This document shows, one piece after another, positions 35,332-45,580 of a stretch of 62,201 bases of DNA. Positions within the stretch are counted from its first letter, which is position 1. Each line of letters opens with the position of its first letter. Location of the stretch: the sequence record SRR31156797_5248, one strand, 5' to 3'. The notes under the pieces were generated by a model that saw nothing but the letters and a program-made list of their open reading frames with translations, did not search any database and was not told where the DNA came from. The position numbers and the translations under genes are program-made.

Positions 35332-38115
35332 CTACCTAACTATTAATCTTCTAATTTCCTTCAAGGCACTATTCCATATGGTTGAAATCTCATCCAATAA
35401 ATCTATAATTTCTTCGCTATCGCCACCGGAATTAATAAGGGCTTCAACTTCTTTTGACATTTCTACAACGCTTGAAAGCCCCAAATACACCATTTTTGTT
35501 CTGAAACTTCCGATTTTAGTTTTCAACACACTTTTATCCTCTTCAACAAAAGAATAAAGTTCTTCAATTTGATTAGGAATTGTTTTCACATAAATACTTA
35601 GTATGTTCTGTATCTTACTAAAATCATCCTTATAAACCTTTTTTAAGTGTGTTAGATCCAAGTATTCAAAATAGCTATCCTGAGCTAATACCTCATCGAT
35701 ACTAATTTTAGGTTTAGCTTTTTTCTTCTTAGCATTCACTTTATCAGATAGCTTTTTATATTCTTCTTTTAAAGATGCCAATTGTTTCTCTTTTCTTTTC
35801 TCATCAGAAATATCGATAGCAATATTGACAACCTTGTAAGGCACACCAACTTCATTCATTATTGGGAAATAATACTCTTTTAAAAAGAATTCCTTCCCTG
35901 CATACTTAGAATAAAAATCGTTGGTGGCAGGTGCACCACTTCTTAATTTTTCCCAAATATTATCATATCGATCTCTTACAGTTGATGATGTAAACTCATA
36001 AGACCCAATTTTTTTATCAACCACCTGCTCGCGTTTCAAATTGAATAGGTGAATCATATTGTCATTAATATCTGTGATGCGGGCATCCATGTTATACTCT
36101 ATGTACAGAATTGTACTTTTAGCCGCAGTAATGAATTTCTGAATGCTATCCTCGCGATTAGTTGCCTCTTCTTGCATAGCTTGCAACTCTTCCATGTTTT
36201 GCCTCATTTCTTCTTCCTGCTGTGCTAATTCATCAGCTTGCTCTTTTGACTTTTCTAATAGAAATGCTGTTTGTGCATTAATTTTAGCAGCAGAAGTCGT
36301 TGATGCAATAGGTACGGATATTTTTTCTACAAATTCAATTTGGTAATTTTGCATTGGTTGCAAAGAAGCTACTTCAATTATGCCAACAACTTGCTCATTT
36401 ATAAGCATCGGTACAATTAATAAACTTCCCGGAACTGTTTTGCCTAAACCAGATAAGATTGGAGAATATCCTTTTGGAATATCATCTCTATAAATTCGCT
36501 CTTTTTCAAGAAAACATTTACCTACAAATCCTTCGTTTGGATAAATCGTTGTTTTCCTCATTTTATCCTTTTCATACCCGATAGAAGCAACCAGTTCAAG
36601 ATACTTATCGTCGCCTTTTCCCTCAACCAAATACAATCCACCCTGATGAGCATTCAGATAATCTACCAATGTAGAAATTATATGCATTGATAGCTTATTT
36701 AGATTATCATTGTCTTGCCTTAGAATTTCACCAAACAAGTTAATCCCTTGCGACGCCCAATTACTTTGCTCATCTTCTTTATTCCGAATCTCTTCTTCCT
36801 CTTTCGCACTTTTTAATGAGTTACGCATTTCCAGCACAGCATTTCCTAATACATCTTTCTCGCTAAGTGGAGTGAACTCTTGATTGAAGTCTCCATTTTT
36901 AATGTGGTTTGCAAAATCAACTGTTGCCTTAAATCCATCAATAATCTGATTTACAGAGCGACCCATTTGTTCAATTTCATCTCCCGATTTAATGGTAATT
37001 TGCTTAATCCCTTTTATTTCTCCACGAGATAATTGATATAATACCTGTGTAGTTCTTCGTAATGGTCTAATAATTTGATATGCAATGAGCAAAATGACAA
37101 TTACTAATGCCAATAACCCATATAAACCAACTTTTTGTGATTCATCAAAATGACTGCGTGCTTCTGTAATTATTTTATCTAATGGGGTATTAATAGCAAC
37201 TCCCCAATAATCTTTACTAGTGCCAAATGTTATGGGTACAATACTTGTAAAGTACTGTTCCTGACTCGATATATCGTATATTTCAAATGAATTAGTTACA
37301 CCACTCTGAATGTTAGATAGTACATTATAATTAATGTTAAACAAACTATCTGCAGTTCTAATATTTTTTCCTAAGAAGGCAGTATCCGGATGTGCAACAA
37401 ATGCACCTTGATTTGATAAAATATAGGCAAATCCATCAAAGGTTTGGTTCAAACTATCCACTAAATCTTTCAATTGCATTAAACTAATATCTGCACCAAC
37501 CATTCCCATAAATTCACCATCATTCAGCAATGGCACTATAATAGAGGACATCAATACATCATCTCCCTCAATTCCAGAAAAGTTATCAAAATAAGGCTCT
37601 GAGAATCCTTCTCTAGGATTTACTTTATAATCATAGTAAATACTTAAGGTATCATCTCCTTCAATATTTTGTCTCTCTGTGGCTGTAATAATCTCACCAT
37701 ATTCTCTTAGCATGGTATGAGAAATCCTTCCATGATTCTTAGTCCAATTATCATCAATAAACTTCAACTCCCAAGAATCCCATGTCGCAAAATATCTCGA
37801 ATTTTGTTCTAAAACTTTCTGCAGTGAAGCATCAAAGTAAGCTGTTTGAGTATAACCATTCTTTTTATAAAGTTCTTCAAAGGAATTTGCATATACTCTA
37901 AACTGCTCAAAATCACTATTAAACAGATTTTGTATGTTCAATGCAAGGTTTTCTGCTTGTTGAAGAGCTGTTTCTTCAGCCATTTCGATTGCCGACTCCT
38001 CATAATCAAAATTTATATAACGAATTGTTAGAAAGTAAATAAAGCTTGCTACAATTATAACTCCCAAAAGCAGCCTTATACTTAAACTGATACGTATTTT
38101 ACTAAGTATTCCCAT
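35332..38115 (-). CDS. dCache-HAMP-GAF-coiled coil-PAS receptor with C-terminal degenerate HPt domain, array member 4
   Basis: Same architecture; C-terminus LDLTHLKKVYKDD...KIGSFRTKMVYLG is HPt-like but lacks the phospho-acceptor His. Confidence 0.85.
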   Translation of the reverse strand: MGILSKIRISLSIRLLLGVIIVASFIYFLTIRYINFDYEESAIEMAEETALQQAENLALNIQNLFNSDFEQFRVYANSFEELYKKNGYTQTAYFDASLQKVLEQNSRYFATWDSWELKFIDDNWTKNHGRISHTMLREYGEIITATERQNIEGDDTLSIYYDYKVNPREGFSEPYFDNFSGIEGDDVLMSSIIVPLLNDGEFMGMVGADISLMQLKDLVDSLNQTFDGFAYILSNQGAFVAHPDTAFLGKNIRTADSLFNINYNVLSNIQSGVTNSFEIYDISSQEQYFTSIVPITFGTSKDYWGVAINTPLDKIITEARSHFDESQKVGLYGLLALVIVILLIAYQIIRPLRRTTQVLYQLSRGEIKGIKQITIKSGDEIEQMGRSVNQIIDGFKATVDFANHIKNGDFNQEFTPLSEKDVLGNAVLEMRNSLKSAKEEEEIRNKEDEQSNWASQGINLFGEILRQDNDNLNKLSMHIISTLVDYLNAHQGGLYLVEGKGDDKYLELVASIGYEKDKMRKTTIYPNEGFVGKCFLEKERIYRDDIPKGYSPILSGLGKTVPGSLLIVPMLINEQVVGIIEVASLQPMQNYQIEFVEKISVPIASTTSAAKINAQTAFLLEKSKEQADELAQQEEEMRQNMEELQAMQEEATNREDSIQKFITAAKSTILYIEYNMDARITDINDNMIHLFNLKREQVVDKKIGSYEFTSSTVRDRYDNIWEKLRSGAPATNDFYSKYAGKEFFLKEYYFPIMNEVGVPYKVVNIAIDISDEKRKEKQLASLKEEYKKLSDKVNAKKKKAKPKISIDEVLAQDSYFEYLDLTHLKKVYKDDFSKIQNILSIYVKTIPNQIEELYSFVEEDKSVLKTKIGSFRTKMVYLGLSSVVEMSKEVEALINSGGDSEEIIDLLDEISTIWNSALKEIRRLIVR

Positions 38116-38127
38116 CAGCTATATCGT

Positions 38128-40878
38128 TTAATTTTTTTTCTGTTTAATAGTTTCAGTGATATCAATCGCAAGATTAATGACTTTAAATATTTCTCCATTT
38201 TCATCTTTTACAGGAATATATACTTCAGAGAAGTACAGGTTTTTTCCTTTAGCCAAAATATGTTGAATAATCTTACGAGTTTTGCCCGCTTTTAAATCAT
38301 CCCATAACTTGTTAAACTCTTTCTTTTTCTCCGGATCGGTTTCAAAAGCTCCCTGCTCAACACCTATCATATCATCTTTTTTAGTATCAAGAAGCTTTAA
38401 GAAATTATCATTAATATCAATTATTTTACGTTGCATATTGTACTCAACATACAATGAAACCTGTTTCACTCCATTAATCAATAATTCCATTTCAGCTTTA
38501 GAAGCTTCTGTATGTTTGTTCATATCCTCCATCTCTTCTATTCTGCTTTTTAACTCGTTCTCAGATTTTTTTCTATCCTCTATATCTCGCAGAACACCAA
38601 TGAATTTAACTTCATTACCCAGTTTTCCTTCTTCTAATCGCAATTCAATATGAAACTTTTTGCCGGATTTATCCATGCCCAACACCTCACGGGCTTTACC
38701 CAACACATGTCGCTGACCAGTTTTTAAATATCGTTCTATATATTTATCATGCTCACGTGCATCTTCACCGTACATAATCATTTTAATATTTTGCCCAATA
38801 GCTTCTTTTGCACTATAACCAAATAGTGTTTCGGCAGCTGGATTCCATAGTTCAATAATACCACGAGAATCAATGGTTATAATAGCATCAACCACATTAT
38901 CGAAAATCATTTGGTTTTTAGCCTGGTTCTCCTTCAGAGATTCTTGGGTAGCTTGAATCTCTTCCATATTTTGTCGCATCTCCTCTTCTTGTTGAGCTAA
39001 CTCTTCAGCTTGTTCCTGTGATTGTTTTAATAATATCTCAGTTCGTTTGTTAATTTTAGATGCAGACAAATCACTAGCTATACTTTCACCAGCTTTTTCA
39101 AGAAATTCAATCTGGTAATCTTCAAACTCACTAAAAGAAACTAGTTCAAGTACACCAAGAACATCTTCATTTACGGTTAATGGAATTAAAAGCAAGCTTC
39201 GAGGATTGCTTTCACCCAAACCAGAAGTCACTTTAATATAGTTCTCAGGTATCTCTTTAAGATAAATTGTTAAACGCTCATGGGCACACCTGCCGACCAA
39301 ACCTTCTTCTGGTTTTACTTTAGCTCTTAATAACTTCTCTCTTTCATATGCAACAGCGGTAATCATCTCATAATGAACATCCGTTTCTTCACTATCATTA
39401 AGTACGTAAATAGCTCCCATAGCCGCATCTACGTATTTAATAATTTGTGAAAGTATAGAGTAAGAAAGTTCATCGAAATCCTTGGCTTGTCGCAGTAAAT
39501 CATTAAGCATTGCCTGTCCGTCAGCTGACCATCTTCTAATGTCTTCTTCACGTTTTCTTTTTGCTTCTTCCTCATTAGCTTTAATGAGATTATTGCGCAT
39601 ATCTAACAATGCACTACCCAACATGTCTTCATCACTTAGCAACTGAAAATCACTGTCATAATTTCCTTTCCCTACCTCTGAAGCAAACTCGGTAGTTCTA
39701 TGCAATCCCATAGTAAGCTGATTGACTGATTCTGCCATAACGCCAACCTCATCTCTGGTCTTTATTTCAATCATATTATCGCGGTCAAATATACCTTGAG
39801 CCAGTTCTTTCAAAATATTAGTGGTTTTAATAATAGGTCGGCTTATACTTTTAGCTATAAACAGGATAATAAAAGCCATAATAATTATTCCAAAAACACC
39901 TATCATTAGACCTGTTCGAAGAAAGGTTGTTGTTTTTTCCAGAATTAAAGAATTAGGAATAGCAATGGCCAATGTCCAGAATTTATCATTCCCGGCTAAG
40001 TATATTGGAGCAAAAGTATAGTGATATTCTTCATTAGTGAGGGTATCATATTGCAAATATGTAAAAGTTTCTCCAGCTTGTATTTTTTCAACCAAATCAA
40101 TTTTATTGGTCAATGCTGTATCTACTTCTTCCAAATGCTTACCTACCCAGTCTGATTTTGGATGAGCTACAACGGTAGAATTATTTGACAAAATAAACGA
40201 ATAGCTTCCGGGATATGGTTTAATGCTATCTGTGATTTTTTGGAAAAAGCTCATGTCAATATCAGCACCAGCCAAACCAGCAAACTCTCCATTACGCATA
40301 ATAGGGACTGAAATATTTGTATTCAGCACTGCATCTTCTTCTTCTCCTGTATAAGAGAAAAGCTCAGGATCTGATATCCAATTTATAATATTAGATTTAA
40401 TCGTATAATAATTACTATTTACATCATCTCCTTCCAGATTTCTACGTGCTTGAAATAATTTAATTACGCCATTCTCACGATAATATCCCTTCATCAATCT
40501 TCCATATTTTAAATCCCATGCACTATCAATAAAACGTATCTCAAAACTTGTGGCAACAGACAAGTAATGCTTATTCCGCTCTAAAATCTTCTTTTGTTGT
40601 GCCAAAAATATTTCTTCCCAACTTTCAAAATCATCAGTCGAGAACGTCATTCCAATATCAGCAATTACCTCAATTGCCTTGAAATCAGCATCTATAGCTG
40701 CTTTAATCAAATTAGCCCGCTCACCTGCTGTTTGTTCCACAATTTTATAGGTGTCAGCACGAGTTGACTGAATTGTTTGATAAATAACTACACCAAGTGA
40801 AACAATATATATTAATGCTGCTCCACTTAATAAGTAAACAAGCATCCGGGTATTAATATTGAACTTTATCTTCATCAT
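38128..40878 (-). CDS. dCache-HAMP-GAF-coiled coil receptor with an extra FixL-like heme PAS plus terminal PAS, array member 3
   Basis: Same architecture; inserted PAS DAIITID...NPAAETLFGY...EHDKYIERYLKTG...GKAREV...RDI. Confidence 0.87.
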   Translation of the reverse strand: MMKIKFNINTRMLVYLLSGAALIYIVSLGVVIYQTIQSTRADTYKIVEQTAGERANLIKAAIDADFKAIEVIADIGMTFSTDDFESWEEIFLAQQKKILERNKHYLSVATSFEIRFIDSAWDLKYGRLMKGYYRENGVIKLFQARRNLEGDDVNSNYYTIKSNIINWISDPELFSYTGEEEDAVLNTNISVPIMRNGEFAGLAGADIDMSFFQKITDSIKPYPGSYSFILSNNSTVVAHPKSDWVGKHLEEVDTALTNKIDLVEKIQAGETFTYLQYDTLTNEEYHYTFAPIYLAGNDKFWTLAIAIPNSLILEKTTTFLRTGLMIGVFGIIIMAFIILFIAKSISRPIIKTTNILKELAQGIFDRDNMIEIKTRDEVGVMAESVNQLTMGLHRTTEFASEVGKGNYDSDFQLLSDEDMLGSALLDMRNNLIKANEEEAKRKREEDIRRWSADGQAMLNDLLRQAKDFDELSYSILSQIIKYVDAAMGAIYVLNDSEETDVHYEMITAVAYEREKLLRAKVKPEEGLVGRCAHERLTIYLKEIPENYIKVTSGLGESNPRSLLLIPLTVNEDVLGVLELVSFSEFEDYQIEFLEKAGESIASDLSASKINKRTEILLKQSQEQAEELAQQEEEMRQNMEEIQATQESLKENQAKNQMIFDNVVDAIITIDSRGIIELWNPAAETLFGYSAKEAIGQNIKMIMYGEDAREHDKYIERYLKTGQRHVLGKAREVLGMDKSGKKFHIELRLEEGKLGNEVKFIGVLRDIEDRKKSENELKSRIEEMEDMNKHTEASKAEMELLINGVKQVSLYVEYNMQRKIIDINDNFLKLLDTKKDDMIGVEQGAFETDPEKKKEFNKLWDDLKAGKTRKIIQHILAKGKNLYFSEVYIPVKDENGEIFKVINLAIDITETIKQKKN

Positions 40879-40901
40879 TCGTCAATGCTTTTTAAACGCC
40901 T

Positions 40902-43247
40902 TTATTTCTTTAAATGAGTAATATCCATTGCTATGTTTATCACCCTTACAGGAACACCTTCGTTATCTTTTATTGGGGTGTAAACTTCTGACAACCAGCG
41001 TTCTTTATTATTTATTTCAATACGTTGCTCTTGCTTATGGGGTATACCTTTTCTCATTTTAGCCCAAAGTTGCTCAAATGCTTCTACACGGGCTTCATCT
41101 TCGCCTATTTCAAAAAAGCCTTGTCTTTTACCAACAATTTGTTGCTTTGGTAATTCAAGAAGCTTAGCATAAGCATCATTCACGCTTGTAATATAACCAT
41201 CCATTGAAAGTTCTGCTACATAGGCAATAGAGTTAATGGCAGTAATCATTCCAGTCATCTCAGCTTCCCGCTTCGCAGCCTCCTCTTGAGTTGCTTGCAT
41301 CTCTTCCATTTGTTGCCTCAATTCTTCCTCCTTCTCAGTCAATTCACCCGCTTGAGATTTAGTTTGATCTAATAACCTTGAAGTTCGTTGACTAATTTTA
41401 AGCGAAGCAATTGATGATGCAATACTTTCTGCTGCTCTCTCAACAAAATCAATTTGATGTTTTTCGAATACATTAAATGAAACAATTTCCACAACTCCCA
41501 TTACCTCTTCATTCAAAATTAATGGAACGATAAGCAATGCTCGTGGAGTTGACTTACCTAGACCCGAAGTAATATTTACATAATCCTCTGGAATTTCAGT
41601 CATGCATAGTGTCGATTGTTCAAAAGCTGCACGACCTACCAAACTTTCACCCATTTTTATAGTTCGGTGATGAGGCTTTTTTCGACCCCAAGCTAATGCT
41701 GAAGTAGCTTCAAATGATCTATCGTCGATAGTCTTAGCATCATCATCTACTAAAATATACATTGAACCCTGATTGGCGTCAAGATAGTTGACAATCAACT
41801 CAACAACTTTATAAGATAACTCTTTCAAATCATTGTATTGACGCAGTAACTCATTTACTTTTGCGACACCATCAGCAATCCATCGTTGAATTTCATCTTG
41901 TTTTTTACGCAATTTTTCGTCTTCTTCTGCTTTTACCAGGCTTTCGCGCATATTAAGTAATGCATTACCCAAGACATCATCATCACTTAACTTATCAAAC
42001 TTTACATTCAGGTTGCCTTTACCAATTTCTTCAGCAAACTCAGCAGTTTGCGAAAGATTTACCCGCAATCCGTTCATAGCCAGAGCAATAGACCCGATCT
42101 CATCTTTTGTTTTAATTGAAATAGTTTGTTTGGTATTAATTTTTCCTTTTGATAATTCTTTTAGCATTGCCGAAATATGTAATAAAGGCCTGGACATATT
42201 TCTGGCAATTAAAAAGAGTACAATACCTAAAACGACGATACCTAATAATCCAATAAGCATAGTTTCAAGCATATTTCTATTTGCTTTTGCAACCATCTGC
42301 TCATGAGGAACAACAACACTTAAATACCATGGAGTGTCTGTGTCTCCCACATAAACCGGAGCGAAAGTCACGAAAAATCTTCCATCTCCATCATTTCTTT
42401 CAAATGAGAATTTTTCTCCATTTTGCATATATAGATCGAAATGATATTTTTCATTGGCTTCGGGATTATCTTCAATTAAACTTTTACCAATGTTTTTAGC
42501 ATCGGGGTGATATATAAAAGTTCCTTCATTGCTCACAAAAAATGCATAGCTCCCTTTATATGGTCTAATTGATTTTACAAGCTCTTTAAAGCGACCTATT
42601 TCCATATCAATTCCCATTAATCCCAAAAACTTGGTGCTCTGCAACACAGGTACGGCAATACTAGCCACAAATACTAATTCATTTTCATTATTAGTGTATG
42701 AATCCCAATATGGTTGAGTTATGATAGATCTTTTATATTTTCTGGTATAGTAGTACAAGCCTTCATCTTTCGTTTTATCAACATCAAGTGTTTCTATTTT
42801 AAGTTTAATCTCATTATTCGCCCTAAAATAATTGGTTCTGACTCTACCATATTGTTTTGTGTAAGTCTCATCAATTGCACTCAATTCCCAATTCATCCAA
42901 ATCGATTGAATATGGGCATTATGTTCAAAAACTCTTTTCAGTATACTTGGTACAACTACCTCTCTGACGGTATCCGGAAACAAGACAAAATCTTCAAAAC
43001 TTTTTGCTAGTGTATGTGTCAAAGAGAAATCTTTATTCAATTCTCCTTCAATTTTATTAGCCTGATTCAGAGCCATTTGCTCTGTCATGCGCTTGGCGTC
43101 ATTCAAGGCCATTTTTCTGGTAGTGAAACTTATATACAAAATTATAAGCATGAACACAATCAAAGCGCTACTCAAAACAAAGATTTGTAGCTTTATTTGA
43201 ATACTCTCTCTTATTTTTTTCAATAACCCCTTCATTCGCAGTGGCAT
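40902..43247 (-). CDS. dCache-HAMP-GAF-coiled coil-PAS membrane receptor, array member 2
   Basis: Two TMs; dCache TQPYWDSY...MGID; HAMP; GAF GESLVGRAAFE...TSGLG; EEELRQQMEEMQATQEE; PAS. Start could also be 43235. Confidence 0.85.
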   Translation of the reverse strand: MPLRMKGLLKKIRESIQIKLQIFVLSSALIVFMLIILYISFTTRKMALNDAKRMTEQMALNQANKIEGELNKDFSLTHTLAKSFEDFVLFPDTVREVVVPSILKRVFEHNAHIQSIWMNWELSAIDETYTKQYGRVRTNYFRANNEIKLKIETLDVDKTKDEGLYYYTRKYKRSIITQPYWDSYTNNENELVFVASIAVPVLQSTKFLGLMGIDMEIGRFKELVKSIRPYKGSYAFFVSNEGTFIYHPDAKNIGKSLIEDNPEANEKYHFDLYMQNGEKFSFERNDGDGRFFVTFAPVYVGDTDTPWYLSVVVPHEQMVAKANRNMLETMLIGLLGIVVLGIVLFLIARNMSRPLLHISAMLKELSKGKINTKQTISIKTKDEIGSIALAMNGLRVNLSQTAEFAEEIGKGNLNVKFDKLSDDDVLGNALLNMRESLVKAEEDEKLRKKQDEIQRWIADGVAKVNELLRQYNDLKELSYKVVELIVNYLDANQGSMYILVDDDAKTIDDRSFEATSALAWGRKKPHHRTIKMGESLVGRAAFEQSTLCMTEIPEDYVNITSGLGKSTPRALLIVPLILNEEVMGVVEIVSFNVFEKHQIDFVERAAESIASSIASLKISQRTSRLLDQTKSQAGELTEKEEELRQQMEEMQATQEEAAKREAEMTGMITAINSIAYVAELSMDGYITSVNDAYAKLLELPKQQIVGKRQGFFEIGEDEARVEAFEQLWAKMRKGIPHKQEQRIEINNKERWLSEVYTPIKDNEGVPVRVINIAMDITHLKK

Positions 43248-43255
43248 ATTTAAGG

Positions 43256-45556
43256 TTAACTATTTTTACTATGTGTTATATCTATTGCAATATTTATGAC
43301 CTTATATGGCTGTCCCTCAGCATTAAGGATTGGCCTGTACGTTTCGAGCAATGTTACTTCACCTGCACCAGCTCTCACACTTTGCTCTTTCTTAACTGTT
43401 TCACCCATTCTCAACAATGACCATGTTTCTTCAAACTCATCCTGATCAAAGCTATCAGAAAAACTACCTTGCTGCATTCCAATAAGCTGGTCTTTCGGTT
43501 TGGCAAGCAAGACTTCAAGATTTTTATTCACTTCAATTAAATGTCCGTCCATATCAAATTCTGCCACAAAAGCCACATCCATAACTGCCTGATGAAGGGC
43601 GTTCATCTCCATTTGCTTACTTTGGGCTTCCTCCTGAGTAGCTTTCATTTCTTCTACATTTTGCCTCATTTCCTGCTCCTGCCTTGAAAGTTCATCAGCT
43701 TGCTTTTGAGACTGATGAAGTAATTTTTCTGTTTTTTGATTGATACGCACATTAGAAATAGTGGCGGCAAGATTCTCACCTATACGTTCCACAAGGTTTA
43801 TTTCATGTTTCTCTAGTTCCTGAAATGAAATCAATTCAACTACACCTAATATTTCTTCATTACTTCGCAATGGTACCAATAAAATGGTACTTGGATTTGC
43901 ACCTCCTAGACCTGACTTAATATCAACATAATCCTGAGGAATTTCAGTCAAGTAAACGGTAAGTCCTTCATACGCACATCGGCCAACTAAACCTTCCTCA
44001 TCTTTAATCTTTCTTTCTATTAATTTGCTTCTTCCAAAAGCTATTGCTGAGGTAAGTTCGTAAAACACCTCTTCTTCCTCATCATTCTTTACATAAATAC
44101 CTCCCTGATTAATACCCAAATAATCAAGCACATACTGAAGAATTTTAAATGTGAGTTCCTTTACATTGTGATTATACATTCTAAGCAGATCACTTGTTTC
44201 AGTGATAGCTTTAGTAGTCCAGTTAGCAATTTCATCTTCTTTTTTGCGTTTCTCTTCTTCTTCTCTTGCTCTTTGAAGATTGTTTTGCATCTCGATCAAT
44301 GACTTTCCAAGCTCATCTTCCTCATCTGTAATTTTGAATTCATAATCCAATTTCCCTTGTCCTAGATTTTTTGCAAACTGGTTTTTAAGATTTAACTTAT
44401 CAATGGTTTTATTCAAAGCTTCAGCCATTTCCTGTATTTCATCTCCTGTACTTAGTTTTAGCTGATTCTTTGTATTAATTTCACCTTTTGCCAGTTTGTG
44501 CAACTGATTTGTCACAGCGTGTATAGGTCTGGAAATATTGAGACTTACAAAATAGATCACAATCCCTAATAGTAACAACCCAATAGCGCCAACAATAAGT
44601 GAAATATATAAATTGTCGTTAACCTGCCGGATGATGCTATTCTTAGGTACTGTAATTCCGAGGTACCAATATGTATCTGTGCGGCTTATTTTAATAGGTT
44701 GATAACTAACAAATCGTGGCTCATCCTCTCTGGTATCAATTAAAGAAAATGTTTCACCAAGCTTCATTTTTTGATAAAGATTAAAATCTTTATTGCTAGT
44801 TGGATTGGCATCTACATATGTATTAAGCTTTTCATTATCGGGATGACCAGCATATTTACCATTATGTGATATTAAAAAAGCATAACTACCGTCAAGATTT
44901 TTAATTTTTATGCGATTTACAATTTGTTGAAAACGATCCAGGGTAACATCAACACCAATAAGCCCGACAAAAGTTTTTTGATCCATTATTGGAGCCTCAT
45001 AAGTGGTCATGAGCTTTTGTTCTGATTTTTGCTCAGTAAAAGCATCAGCGTAAAGTTCCGAAATTAATTCCCGCTTTAAAGCTTTATCTTTAGCATAATA
45101 CTCATTATCACCATCTAAGCTTCTGATGTCTACCAATCTTTTCATTTCACCCTTTTCACGCAATCGAGTATTCGTAATTCTTCCTGTTGGTCGTGTCCAG
45201 GAACTATCAACAATATTTAGCTCCCAACTATCCCAAAGTTGGTAAAACTCCGGGTTGCCCATAAATACATAATCATAAATCTCATTAACAAGTTTTTGGT
45301 ATTCATCTTTTGGAAGAAACTTATAAGTTTTAAAAGTTTGAGATAGGGTCCTGACAACTGCAAAGTCTTCATTTATCAATGAACCAATTTCATTGGCATA
45401 TTTTTCGGTTTGAGATTCAATAAGTCGGGTTTGTGTCAAATAAGAAGACGCTCTGTCTTTGAAAGCAATATAACTTATAGCACCGGCAAAAACCAATACA
45501 GATAAACTCGTAATAATAAATTGTATCTTATGTCGAAGTTTTAATCTTATTCTCAT
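43256..45556 (-). CDS. dCache-HAMP-GAF-coiled coil-PAS membrane receptor, array member 1
   Basis: Start MRIRLKLR; dCache WDSWEL...IGVD; HAMP; GAF EEGLVGRCAYE...KSGLG; QEQEMRQNVEEMKATQEE; PAS. Confidence 0.85.
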   Translation of the reverse strand: MRIRLKLRHKIQFIITSLSVLVFAGAISYIAFKDRASSYLTQTRLIESQTEKYANEIGSLINEDFAVVRTLSQTFKTYKFLPKDEYQKLVNEIYDYVFMGNPEFYQLWDSWELNIVDSSWTRPTGRITNTRLREKGEMKRLVDIRSLDGDNEYYAKDKALKRELISELYADAFTEQKSEQKLMTTYEAPIMDQKTFVGLIGVDVTLDRFQQIVNRIKIKNLDGSYAFLISHNGKYAGHPDNEKLNTYVDANPTSNKDFNLYQKMKLGETFSLIDTREDEPRFVSYQPIKISRTDTYWYLGITVPKNSIIRQVNDNLYISLIVGAIGLLLLGIVIYFVSLNISRPIHAVTNQLHKLAKGEINTKNQLKLSTGDEIQEMAEALNKTIDKLNLKNQFAKNLGQGKLDYEFKITDEEDELGKSLIEMQNNLQRAREEEEKRKKEDEIANWTTKAITETSDLLRMYNHNVKELTFKILQYVLDYLGINQGGIYVKNDEEEEVFYELTSAIAFGRSKLIERKIKDEEGLVGRCAYEGLTVYLTEIPQDYVDIKSGLGGANPSTILLVPLRSNEEILGVVELISFQELEKHEINLVERIGENLAATISNVRINQKTEKLLHQSQKQADELSRQEQEMRQNVEEMKATQEEAQSKQMEMNALHQAVMDVAFVAEFDMDGHLIEVNKNLEVLLAKPKDQLIGMQQGSFSDSFDQDEFEETWSLLRMGETVKKEQSVRAGAGEVTLLETYRPILNAEGQPYKVINIAIDITHSKNS

Positions 45557-45580
45557 TCGAGCATTTTTTACAGTCAATAA

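Noticed and set aside
32906-45556. Calling the five receptors methyl-accepting chemotaxis proteins or histidine kinases
   Set aside because: No MCP hairpin tip (QTNLLALNAAIEAARAGE-like) and no H/N/G boxes in any of them
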